NCBI GenBank assembly: GCA_046716205.1
Contig: JBKJXT010000332.1
Span: 1 to 32,678, forward strand
Direction: 5' to 3'
Source of the DNA: Actinomycetota bacterium
Lineage (GTDB): Bacteria; Actinomycetota; AC-67
DNA: 32,678 bases
Below, in pieces: positions 16,085-27,066 of this stretch (the stretch's first letter is position 1; every line of letters begins with the position of its first letter). The translations under genes were made by a program, and so were the position numbers. The notes under the pieces were generated by a model. The model searched no databases, was not told where the DNA came from, and saw only the letters and a list, made by a program, of their open reading frames with translations.

Positions 16085-16133
16085 CTGCATCCTCGCAGGT
16101 CCGACGTCGCAGAAACACGAAGGAGGATGGGGA

Positions 16134-17510
16134 TTGTCTGTACATGCCGAAGAACTCTGGGGGCAGACGCTTGCAACGGTCCGCGATCGGATCGTTACGC
16201 CCGGCGCGCGAGCGTTCGTGGAGGGCGCCAAACCGATCAGCTACGACGACGACATCCTGACGGTCGCGGCGCCGTCGGCGTTCGCCAAGGAGTGGCTCGA
16301 GCACCGCTATGCGAGCACGCTCGCTGAGGCGCTTCGCTCCACCGCAGGTCACGAGGTCCGCCTGAAGGTCACCGTCCAGAACGCGCCGCTGTTCGAGGTG
16401 CCCGACGAGGTGGTGGTGGAAGAGGAGAAGTCCGCCTCGACCGGTGCCGAGCTTCGGAGCCGCCCCGCCGCCACCGCGCTCAACCCCCGCTACCTGTTCG
16501 AGACGTTCGTGACCGGGCCGTCGAACAGGTTCGCGCACGCCGCCGCGCAGGCAGTCGCCGAGCAGCCGGCGCGCTCCTACAACCCGTTATTCATCTACGG
16601 GGGAGCGGGGCTCGGTAAGACCCACCTATTGCACGCGATCGGGCACGAGGTCCGCCGCCTGTACCCGAACGCCGCGGTGCGCTACGTGTCGTCCGAGCAG
16701 TTTATGAACGAATTCATCCTCGGGGTCCGCGAGGAGAAGATGCCGCTGTTCCGGCGGCGGTACCGAGAGGCAGACGTCCTGCTGGTAGACGACATCCAGT
16801 TCATGGCGCGCGGGGAGCAGACCCAGGAAGAGTTCTTCCACACATTCAACGCGCTCCACAACGACGGGCGCCAGATCGTGATCACGTCCGACCGCGCGCC
16901 GGCCGAGATCCCAACGCTCGAGGAGCGGCTCCGAACGAGGTTCGAGTGGGGCATCATCACCGACGTCCAGCCGCCCGACCTCGAAACCCGCGTTGCGATC
17001 CTGCAGAAGAAGGCGGCCGCGGAGGGGTTCAACGTCCCAAACGACGTCCTTGCCTACATCGCGACCCGCGTCCAGAACAACATCCGCGAGCTCGAGGGCA
17101 GGCTGATCCGCGTCGTGGCCGGCGCCAACCTCAGCTCGCAACCGGTGACGATGGAGCTGGCACAAGAGGTCCTGAAGCCGCTGTTACCCCGCGACGGCGC
17201 CGAGGACATCCCGGCGAGCGTGATCATCAGTGAGTGCGCGAGTTACTTCCAGATCCCTCGCGACGAACTCATCAGCGCGAGCCGTTCCCGGCCGCTCGTG
17301 CAAGCGCGTCAGGTCGCGATGTACCTGTGCCGCGAGATGACCCCGCTTTCGCTGCCGAAGATCGGCGACGCCTTCGGTGGACGCGACCACACCACGGTCA
17401 TGCACGGGGTCTCGAAGATCACCGATCTGCTCGGCGAACGGCGCCAGGTTTATGCACAGGTCCAGGAGCTAACGGCGCGTATCCGCAGCAAGGTCGCCGC
17501 GTCCCTGTGA
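16134..17510 (+). CDS. dnaA: chromosomal replication initiator DnaA (458 aa from TTG 16134)
   Basis: Walker [19 protein letters not shown]+ sensor motifs, and C-terminal DNA-binding signature [31 protein letters not shown]. The TTG start has GAAGGAGGA 6 nt upstream. The in-frame ATG 16038 would place three DnaA boxes inside the CDS. Confidence 0.93.
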   Translation: MSVHAEELWGQTLATVRDRIVTPGARAFVEGAKPISYDDDILTVAAPSAFAKEWLEHRYASTLAEALRSTAGHEVRLKVTVQNAPLFEVPDEVVVEEEKSASTGAELRSRPAATALNPRYLFETFVTGPSNRFAHAAAQAVAEQPARSYNPLFIYGGAGLGKTHLLHAIGHEVRRLYPNAAVRYVSSEQFMNEFILGVREEKMPLFRRRYREADVLLVDDIQFMARGEQTQEEFFHTFNALHNDGRQIVITSDRAPAEIPTLEERLRTRFEWGIITDVQPPDLETRVAILQKKAAAEGFNVPNDVLAYIATRVQNNIRELEGRLIRVVAGANLSSQPVTMELAQEVLKPLLPRDGAEDIPASVIISECASYFQIPRDELISASRSRPLVQARQVAMYLCREMTPLSLPKIGDAFGGRDHTTVMHGVSKITDLLGERRQVYAQVQELTARIRSKVAASL

Positions 17511-17652
17511 TCGACCACATCTCGTCCACACGGAAGGAACGGGAAAACGCCTGGCAGATACCGATATCAACAGTGTCCCCAGCCCCTACTACGATCACGA
17601 ACATCTTTTTAGATATCTCTAAGAGCAAGAACATCCACACCGGAGGACTGAC
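17511..17652. other. dnaA-dnaN intergenic oriC candidate (DnaA boxes plus AT-rich unwinding element)
   Basis: Boxes: TCGACCACA (17511-17519), TCGTCCACA (17522-17530) and ACATCCACA (17631-17639). A 34-nt stretch, acatctttttagatatctctaagagcaagaacat (17601-17634), is about 70 percent AT in a very GC-rich window. Confidence 0.6.
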
Positions 17653-18741
17653 ATGAAGATCTCGATCGAGCGGGACGTTTTCGCAGACGCCATCGGCTGG
17701 GTGCTGCGTTCGGTGTCGACGCGCGCCACGCTGCCGGCACTCGGCGGCGTGCTCTTCGACGCGTCGGGACCACAGCTGCGGTTGGCCGGCACCGACCTCG
17801 AGCTCGCCGGGGAAGCGACCGTCGACGCGAACATCGAGGACGCCGGCAGCATCGTGCTCCCGGGGCGGGTGCTGGGCGAGATCGCCCGATCCTTACCGGC
17901 GGGCTCGGTCCGGGTGGAGTCCTCGGGACAGCAGGCGAAGCTCACGTGCGGCTCGGCGGAGTTCACGCTGCGGGTGCTTCCCGTCGAGGACTTCCCGTCG
18001 CTGAGCCAGCCCAGCGAAGCGGTCACCGGCACGATCGATGCGGCGCTGTTCTCGGCCGCGGTGTCGCAGGTGACCCGCGCGGCGTCCCACGACGAGGCGC
18101 GTCCGGTGCTCACCGGAACCCTCGTGCAGGCCGACGCCGACAAGGTCACGCTTGTCGCCACGGACTCCTACCGGCTCGCGGTGCGCAACATCGCGTGGTC
18201 GGGGCCGTCGCAGTCGCTCAAGCGTGTGATCCCGGCGCGCGCCCTCACCGAGGCTGCGCGCGCCGCCGTCGGCGGAGAGATCACGATCACGCTCGGGGAG
18301 TCGCAGGCCTCGTTCACGACCGCGAGCCGCCGCCTGACGACGCGCCTGATCGAGGGGGAGTTCCCGAACTGGTCGCAGCTGATCCCGGCTGAGCTGCCGA
18401 ACCAGCTGCGCATCGAGCGGGACTCGCTCACCGAGGCGGTCCGTCGTGTCGGGATCCTCGCGCAGTCCGGTACGCCGGTTCGCATCGAGCTGGCGGAGGG
18501 CGGCGCGAAGCTCGGCGCCGGCGCGCAGGACGTCGGCGAGGCGTCCGAAGGGGTCGAGGGCAAGTTCGAAGGCGAGGCGCTCACCGTCGCGTTCAACCCC
18601 GCCTACCTCGTGGACGGACTCAACGCGATCGAGGGCGCGGAGGTTGTGCTGTCGTGCCGGGACGGGCTCAAGCCCGCGGTGCTGCGCGCGCCCGACGACC
18701 TGGACGGGTTCCTGTACCTGTTGATGCCGGTCCGCGTGTAG
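17653..18741 (+). CDS. dnaN: DNA polymerase III beta sliding clamp
   Basis: GGAGGA lies 5 nt before the ATG. Length (362 aa), position after dnaA, and typical N- and C-termini (MKISIERD... LMPVRV) all fit. Confidence 0.97.
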   Translation: MKISIERDVFADAIGWVLRSVSTRATLPALGGVLFDASGPQLRLAGTDLELAGEATVDANIEDAGSIVLPGRVLGEIARSLPAGSVRVESSGQQAKLTCGSAEFTLRVLPVEDFPSLSQPSEAVTGTIDAALFSAAVSQVTRAASHDEARPVLTGTLVQADADKVTLVATDSYRLAVRNIAWSGPSQSLKRVIPARALTEAARAAVGGEITITLGESQASFTTASRRLTTRLIEGEFPNWSQLIPAELPNQLRIERDSLTEAVRRVGILAQSGTPVRIELAEGGAKLGAGAQDVGEASEGVEGKFEGEALTVAFNPAYLVDGLNAIEGAEVVLSCRDGLKPAVLRAPDDLDGFLYLLMPVRV

Positions 18742-18761
18742 CGGGCTCCGGCGCTCGGGAG

Positions 18762-19865
18762 ATGTTCCTTCGAGCGATCGAGCTCGTCACGTTCCGCGGG
18801 TGGAAGTCGCTGCGCATCGAGTTCGACGAACGGACCACCGTGCTGCTGGGCGGCAACGGCGTCGGCAAGACCTCGGTGCTGGAGGCGGCGTGGTACGCGG
18901 CGTCGCTGTCGTCACATCGCACCTCGACGGACGCGACGATGGTGTCCCAGGATGAGCGCGCCGCGATCATCCGCGCGTTCGTGGAGCGCGGCTCTCGTAC
19001 CGAATCTGTCGAGCTCGAGATCGTGACGTCAGGGCGCGCGCGCGCCAGGCTCGGGGGCGGCAGCGTGTCGCGGCGCCGAGACGTGCTGGGCGTTCTGCGA
19101 GCGGTGATCTTCGGGCCCGAACGCGTCGCGGTGATCCGTGAGGACCCCTCCGACCGGCGGCGGTTCGTCGACGAGCTGCTCGTTCAGCTGCACCCTCGCT
19201 ACCACGCGGTCATGCGGGAGTACGACCGAGCGCTCCGTCAGCGCAACACCTTGTTGCGCGAGCACGCGGCCGGACGCCGCGGACTGGGCGGACTCGAAGC
19301 ATGGGACGAGGCGCTCGTCGGCCCCGGCGCCGAGCTTGCCGCCGGCCGCGCACGGGCCATCTCGCTCCTCACGCCTCACGCACGCGCAGCCTTCGAAGCC
19401 GTCGGGGGCGGGACGTCCTTCGAGGTGCGCTACGCGCCGAACGTACCGGTGCCCGGCGAGGAGACCATGATCGAGTCGTGGGCGGCATCGATGCGCGAGC
19501 GCCTCGCTGCGCGTCATCAGGACGAGGTCACCCGCGGCGTCACGCTCGTGGGGCCGCACCGCGACGACCTGGGCATCGAGCTTGGCGGGATGCCGGCGCG
19601 CACGCACGCCTCGCACGGTGAAGGGTGGCTCGCCGCGCTCGCGCTGGTGCTCGGCGCGCACCGTGCCATCACCGAAGCGTTCGGAGACGAGCCGCTGTTG
19701 TTGCTCGACGACCCCTTCACGCTGCTCGATCCTGAGCGCCGCGCGCGCCTCGTGGACGCGCTCCCGGAGCAGGCACAGATCCTTGCAACGGCGGCGGACC
19801 CCAACGAGATCCCCTCGCGCCTCGCGGCCGCCACGATCGACGTGACGGAGTTGCACGGTGGCTAA
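18762..19865 (+). CDS. recF: DNA replication and repair protein RecF (367 aa)
   Basis: N-terminus MFLRAIELVTFRGW, Walker A GGNGVGKTSVLEA and Walker B LLLLDDP. The longer track ORF overlaps dnaN. Confidence 0.95.
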   Translation: MFLRAIELVTFRGWKSLRIEFDERTTVLLGGNGVGKTSVLEAAWYAASLSSHRTSTDATMVSQDERAAIIRAFVERGSRTESVELEIVTSGRARARLGGGSVSRRRDVLGVLRAVIFGPERVAVIREDPSDRRRFVDELLVQLHPRYHAVMREYDRALRQRNTLLREHAAGRRGLGGLEAWDEALVGPGAELAAGRARAISLLTPHARAAFEAVGGGTSFEVRYAPNVPVPGEETMIESWAASMRERLAARHQDEVTRGVTLVGPHRDDLGIELGGMPARTHASHGEGWLAALALVLGAHRAITEAFGDEPLLLLDDPFTLLDPERRARLVDALPEQAQILATAADPNEIPSRLAAATIDVTELHGG

Positions 19866-20232
19866 GGCTAAGCGGCGCCGCGACGACGATCCGCCTCCCG
19901 TAGGCGAGATCCTCGGGCGCCTGGTGAACCGGGCAGGGTGGGCGGAACGGATGCGGCTGGGTCGGCTGCGCGACGCCTGGCCGCAGATCGTGGGGGACCA
20001 GGTCGCCTCGCGCAGCGAGCCGGTCCGACTCGAGGACGGGGTTCTGCAGGTCCGCGCCGACGGCAGCGCGTGGGCGACCGAGCTGACCCTTCTGTCGGCC
20101 TCGATCGCTTCCAAGGCGGCATCGTTCCTGGGCGATTCCTCGGTGCGCGAGGTGCGCGTGAGTGCGGGTGGTGTCGTGGACGCTGAGCGTGGTCGCAGGC
20201 CCCCGCCCCCGCGTCGTTCCGGCTCTCCCTAG
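19858..20232 (+). CDS. DUF721 domain protein (DciA-like helicase-loading factor candidate)
   Basis: It occupies the conserved slot between recF and gyrB. The pattern RLRDAWPQIVG...V.LEDGVLQVRADGSAWATELTLL is typical of DUF721. GTG 19858 overlaps recF by 8 nt. Confidence 0.8.
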   Translation: MAKAKRRRDDDPPPVGEILGRLVNRAGWAERMRLGRLRDAWPQIVGDQVASRSEPVRLEDGVLQVRADGSAWATELTLLSASIASKAASFLGDSSVREVRVSAGGVVDAERGRRPPPPRRSGSP

Positions 20233-20314
20233 AGACCGATCGAGCCGTTCGCGGCGACCGCGCCGAACCACCGGAAAAACAGGGCGCTCGATGTGCGAAA
20301 TACGGCCCTTTACC

Positions 20315-20323
20315 TGCTAGAAT
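20315..20323 (+). promoter_or_regulatory. extended -10 element TGCTAGAAT upstream of gyrB
   Basis: It matches TGnTAnnnT. It implies a leader of about 140 nt before the gyrB TTG start. No good -35 is present. Confidence 0.35.
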
Positions 20324-20472
20324 GGCGCCCAACGTCGCGTGGCCTTTCCCGCCTGAATCTGCCCCCACGACGGGCGCACCCGGACAACGTTCCCGGGCAT
20401 CGCTTTGGGTGGGCACGGCCGCCGCGAACGGGGGCGGAAACGACCCCGGATAAGGCTTGTGAGGAGAGGTAG

Positions 20473-22386
20473 TTGGCGAAGTCGGCGTCTGAATACGGCA
20501 GCAAGGACATCCAGGTCCTCGAGGGTCTCGAGGCGGTTCGGAAGCGGCCCGGCATGTACATCGGCTCCACGGGGGCCTCAGGTCTGCACCATCTCGTGTA
20601 CGAGGTCGTCGACAACGCGATCGACGAGGCGCTGGCCGGTCGCTGCGACGACATCTCCGTGGACATGTGGGACGACGGCAGCGTCTCGGTCACCGACAAC
20701 GGTGCCGGCATCCCGATCGCTCCGATCCCCGGCAACAAGGACAAGCGGCCGGCGCTCGAGGTCGTCATGACGGTCCTGCACGCCGGCGGCAAGTTCGGCG
20801 GGGGCGGCTACCAGGTGTCCGGCGGGCTGCACGGTGTCGGCGTATCGGTCGTCAACGCCCTGTCCGAGCGTCTCGAGGTCGACGTGCACCGAGACGGGTT
20901 CGTCTGGACGGCGAAGTTCACCCGCGGCCGCCTCGTCCAGAAGACCGAGAAGGGACAGCCCACCAAGAAGACGGGAACGACGGTGCGCTTCTGGCCGGAC
21001 TCCCAGATGTTCGAAGAGACGCTGGAGTTCAAGGCTGACATCCTCGCGCAGCGGCTCAAGGAGCTCGCCTACCTCACGCGCGGGGTCACGATCCGGCTGA
21101 CCGATCACCGCACCGACCCGGCCGAGGTTCGCGAGTGGAAGGCGGCCGGCGGCATCGCCGACTTCGTGAAGGCTCTGAACACGGGCCGTGAAACGATCAA
21201 CAAGGTGATCCACATCGAGGCCGCCGAGGAAGGCCACGAAGCCGAGATCGCGATCCAATGGAACACGACCTACACCGACTCGCTGCACTCATTCGCGAAC
21301 ACGATCAACACGCACGAAGGCGGGATGCACGAGGAGGGCTTCAAGAAGGCCCTCACCAACGTCGTCAACCGCTACGCGCGCGACAAAGGTCACCTCAAGG
21401 AGAAGGACGAGAACCTCCAAGGCGACGACATCCGCGAGGGGATCGTCGCGATCGTCAGCGTGAAGCTGCGCGATCCGCAGTTCGAGGGCCAGACCAAGAC
21501 CAAGCTCGGCAACACGGTGATGCGCTCGTTCGTGGAGCGAGTGGTCAACGACCGGCTCAAGGACTGGCTGGAAGAGCACCCGACCGAAGGCAACCGCGTC
21601 TGCAAGAAGGCCCTCGCGGCAGCCAACGCGCGCCTTGCCGCGAAGAAGGCGCGCGATATCGCGCGCAAGGGCGCGTTCGAGGGCGGTGGCCTACCCGGGA
21701 AGTTGGCCGACTGCTCCTCTCGCGATGCGAACGCAACGGAGCTGTTCATCGTCGAGGGCGACTCGGCAGGCGGCTCGGCGAAGGCAGCGCGCAACCGCGA
21801 GATCCAGGCGATCCTGCCGATCCGCGGCAAGATCATCAATGTCGAGAAGTCTCGCCTCGACAAGGTCCTGGAGAACAACGAGATCCAGGCACTCATCAAC
21901 GCCATCGGATGCGGCATCGGGGAGTCCGTGGACGTCGAGAAGCGCCGCTACTCCAAGATCGTGATGCTCACCGACGCCGACGTCGACGGCGCACACATCC
22001 GCACGCTGCTGCTGACCTTCCTGTTCCGGCACATGCGACCGTTGGTCGAACAGGGCTACGTGTATGCAGCGAAGCCCCCGCTGTACTCGGTGAAGTACGG
22101 CGCGAACGAGGTCATCTACGTCTTCAACGACCGCGAGCGAGACGAGCTGCTCGCGTCCCGCCCCGGCCGCAAGGCAGACATCAGCCGGTTCAAGGGGCTC
22201 GGCGAGATGTTCGCCGAAGAGCTGTGGCAGACCACGATGAACCCCGAGAGTCGCCTCCTGATGCGGATCACGATGGAGGACGCGGTGATTGCCGACCAGA
22301 TCTTCACCGTATTGATGGGGGAGAACGTCGAAGGCCGCCGCGAGTTCATCCAGCAGAACGCGAAGGACGCGTTCGTCGACGCGTGA
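20473..22386 (+). CDS. gyrB: DNA gyrase subunit B
   Basis: TTG start with GAGGAGAGG upstream. LEGLEAVRKRPGMYIGST, GHKL ATPase motifs and Toprim ELFIVEGDSAGGSAK are present. Confidence 0.97.
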   Translation: MAKSASEYGSKDIQVLEGLEAVRKRPGMYIGSTGASGLHHLVYEVVDNAIDEALAGRCDDISVDMWDDGSVSVTDNGAGIPIAPIPGNKDKRPALEVVMTVLHAGGKFGGGGYQVSGGLHGVGVSVVNALSERLEVDVHRDGFVWTAKFTRGRLVQKTEKGQPTKKTGTTVRFWPDSQMFEETLEFKADILAQRLKELAYLTRGVTIRLTDHRTDPAEVREWKAAGGIADFVKALNTGRETINKVIHIEAAEEGHEAEIAIQWNTTYTDSLHSFANTINTHEGGMHEEGFKKALTNVVNRYARDKGHLKEKDENLQGDDIREGIVAIVSVKLRDPQFEGQTKTKLGNTVMRSFVERVVNDRLKDWLEEHPTEGNRVCKKALAAANARLAAKKARDIARKGAFEGGGLPGKLADCSSRDANATELFIVEGDSAGGSAKAARNREIQAILPIRGKIINVEKSRLDKVLENNEIQALINAIGCGIGESVDVEKRRYSKIVMLTDADVDGAHIRTLLLTFLFRHMRPLVEQGYVYAAKPPLYSVKYGANEVIYVFNDRERDELLASRPGRKADISRFKGLGEMFAEELWQTTMNPESRLLMRITMEDAVIADQIFTVLMGENVEGRREFIQQNAKDAFVDA

Positions 22387-22410
22387 TCAACCGACCCTGA
22401 GGATCTCCAG

Positions 22411-24879
<2,469 letters not shown>

Positions 24880-24918
24880 CGCGCATGAAGCGACCTCACC
24901 CTGGGCACGTATAGAGTC

Positions 24919-25722
24919 GTGACCGTGGACCACCGAGACGAGACGGGCGCTCCCGAGGCGCCTGAAGCGCGCCCACCCGGCGCGCCGCCCGAGACCGCCT
25001 CCGACCGACCATCCTCAGCGCCTGCTGCGACGAGTCATGACGACATGCCGACGGTCGCGGCTCCCTTGTTCGACGACGACGACGACCTCGTGACGGAGAT
25101 GCACCAGCCGCTGACCGAGCGGGATCTGATCAAGGCCGAACGCGAGCGCATCCGCTCCGAGATCGACCCGTTCCGCAACATGCCGGCGCCGTCCGCGACC
25201 TCGGCTTCGCCCGCCCCGCCGGCGAGCTACCCGGGCGCAACCGCGACGCCCGTGATCCCACCGGTGCCCCCAGTGGAGACTCAGCGGATCCCCAGCCGCG
25301 GCAGCGATGCCCCGACCACCGTTCGACCCGACCCGCCGGCTGCGGCCGTCGCGGGGAAGCCCACGGTGCAGGTGCGCCGACTCCGTCGCGGCAGGCTCGC
25401 GATCCGCAAGATCGATCCGTGGGCGGTGCTGAAGTTCTCGCTCGTCTTCTACTTCTGCATGCTGCTGATCATGCTGCTCGGGACGGCGATCATCTTCGCC
25501 ACCCTCAAGGCGTTCGGTGTGATCGACTCCTTCGAGAAGCTGCTGCGGGATCTAGACCTCAACGTCTCGATCACCGGCGGCGTGATCTTCCGCTGGTTCT
25601 TCCTGATCGGTCTTCTGGGGACCGTCATCTTCAGCGCCGTAACGACGTTCATGTCGTTCCTCTACAACCTCATCGCCGACGTCGTGGGCGGCATCGAGCT
25701 CCTCGTCACCGAACGCGAGTAG
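24919..25722 (+). CDS. DUF3566-type transmembrane protein with a Pro/Ala-rich N-terminal region
   Basis: It occupies the conserved actinobacterial slot after gyrA. The C-terminal part IDPWAVLKFSLVFYFCMLLIMLLG...FMSFLYNLIADVVGGIELLVTERE has two TM helices. Confidence 0.8.
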   Translation: MTVDHRDETGAPEAPEARPPGAPPETASDRPSSAPAATSHDDMPTVAAPLFDDDDDLVTEMHQPLTERDLIKAERERIRSEIDPFRNMPAPSATSASPAPPASYPGATATPVIPPVPPVETQRIPSRGSDAPTTVRPDPPAAAVAGKPTVQVRRLRRGRLAIRKIDPWAVLKFSLVFYFCMLLIMLLGTAIIFATLKAFGVIDSFEKLLRDLDLNVSITGGVIFRWFFLIGLLGTVIFSAVTTFMSFLYNLIADVVGGIELLVTERE

Positions 25723-25765
25723 CCGCGCGACAGGGCGGGATGCTGCTGGTAGCCTTCCGGGCCGC

Positions 25766-25836
<71 letters not shown>

Positions 25837-25839
<3 letters not shown>

Positions 25840-25864
25840 CCGCTCCACCTCCACCGCTCCACCG
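25837..25864 (+). repeat. tandem 14-bp direct repeat (CCACCGCTCCACCT / CCACCGCTCCACCG) starting inside the tRNA 3' end
   Basis: Read directly from the sequence. 13 of 14 positions are identical. The first copy overlaps tRNA positions 25837-25839. Confidence 0.7.
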
Positions 25865-25966
25865 AAGAACATGCGCGTTGACTGCGGTGATGGGTTCGTA
25901 AGGACCGCTACGCCGTGTACTTGCAATACCTCCGACCCTATAGAAACCGCCGCGCCTCAGCAAGGC

Positions 25967-26740
25967 TCAATCCGTGTAACCGGGCGGAGTGAACGGTCGC
26001 GGCGGATAGGTGCGTGTTGGAGTAAGGCCACCGAAGCCGCCTTCAGCGACCGGGAGGATGAGTTCGCTCGAACCGCCGATCGTGATCGTAGGGAACGTGG
26101 CCGTCCCGAAACTCTCCCACACCTCGCCGTGACTGAGCAGCAACACCAACCGGTGCCCCGGCGCCAGCATGTAGGTGATGTCGCTCAGATCGATCCGTAC
26201 CTCGGTCGGGTGATCGACCGGGAACGGGCTGGACCGGAAGGGATCGGCGTAGAAGCTGAGGTCTGCGGAACCCGACGCGATCCATCGTGCGTCGCTCACG
26301 TAAGGAATGCACGTGAACGCCGGTCCGAGGTCGAATAATTCCGCGGTCACCATGCCCGCTGCCATGTCGCTGGTGACGGACAGGTCGACGAACGGATTCC
26401 CCGCGATCAAGGTCTTCGATGTCACGGGCGCGGAATACGTGCGGCTCACGTTCACCGCGGCCAACTCTGGACACAGGCTGAACTTCAGACCCTCGGAATC
26501 GCCGGCGAGATCGAGGCCCAGCGAGTCCGCCGCCTCCTGTTCGCCGGATACGAGGTCCAACGGCGGCGGTACGGCCCGGAACGACGTCCTCGCGGCTCCT
26601 GGGCTCACGGTCAACCCCGTGTCCGACAGGTACAGCACCTCCTTCTTGGAAGGTGCTGATGGGCGTGACCATCCGGGACCCTCGTGCCACTTGAGATCTT
26701 GATCTTGGTGGTAGATACCGTCGTTGATCGCGGCGAAGGC
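25967..26740 (-). pseudogene. CocE/NonD-family (S15) hydrolase fragment, C-terminal beta-sandwich domain only
   Basis: ORF 25967..26638 plus an in-frame extension up to TAA 26741-26743. The patterns LYLSDTGLTVSP... and APGHRLVLLLSH parallel LYLRSDLTLSE... and RAGHELVLQLHA of the full-length paralog at 27067..28890. There is no alpha/beta-hydrolase domain and no nucleophile motif. Confidence 0.6.
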
Positions 26741-26789
26741 TTACGTGGTGGGAGGCTGAACTGAAGGAGACCCCTCCGCCGCGAAGCGG

Positions 26790-27010
26790 CGTGTGTGGCG
26801 GATCGGGAGAGCACCCGATCCGCTTGCGCTTTCCGACACCGTCGCCATGCGGACTCGCGGGTCGGCAATCCGTCGCGGCGTATTCCACAGCGTCCTGGAC
26901 CTCATCGCCGCCATGGAGCCCTACATGACGGCGAGCAATGCAGCTCCGAAACCGTTCGCGTGGACCGCGACCGCCGAGTCCATCCTGAAGAAGGTCCAGC
27001 GAGTCTTGTG
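26790..27010 (+). mobile_element. degraded IS630-family transposase 3' remnant (frameshifted and internally deleted)
   Basis: The frame of ORF 26793..27086 gives IRRGVFHSVLDLIAAMEPYMTASNAAPKPFAWTATAESILKKV, which is the typical IS630 C-terminal tail (RRG.F.S...L...I......N....PF.WT..A..IL.K). A neighbouring frame gives EHPIRLRF-PTPS, resembling HP..LHFTPT. No DDE core and no inverted repeats were identified. Confidence 0.5.
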
Positions 27011-27066
27011 GCCCTCGAAACAATTGCCGGTTAAAGGTGAGACTCTAACACTGACGCGCTTCCAGA

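Noticed and set aside
21185-21196. CGTGAAAC half-site inside gyrB as a second parS
   Set aside because: Only one arm matches the palindrome and the other half is unrelated. This is likely a chance match.
26043-27023. 326-aa minus-strand ORF spanning the hydrolase fragment and the IS remnant
   Set aside because: It is extremely Arg/Gly/Pro-rich. It is out of frame with the recognisable hydrolase homology and crosses the remnant junction.
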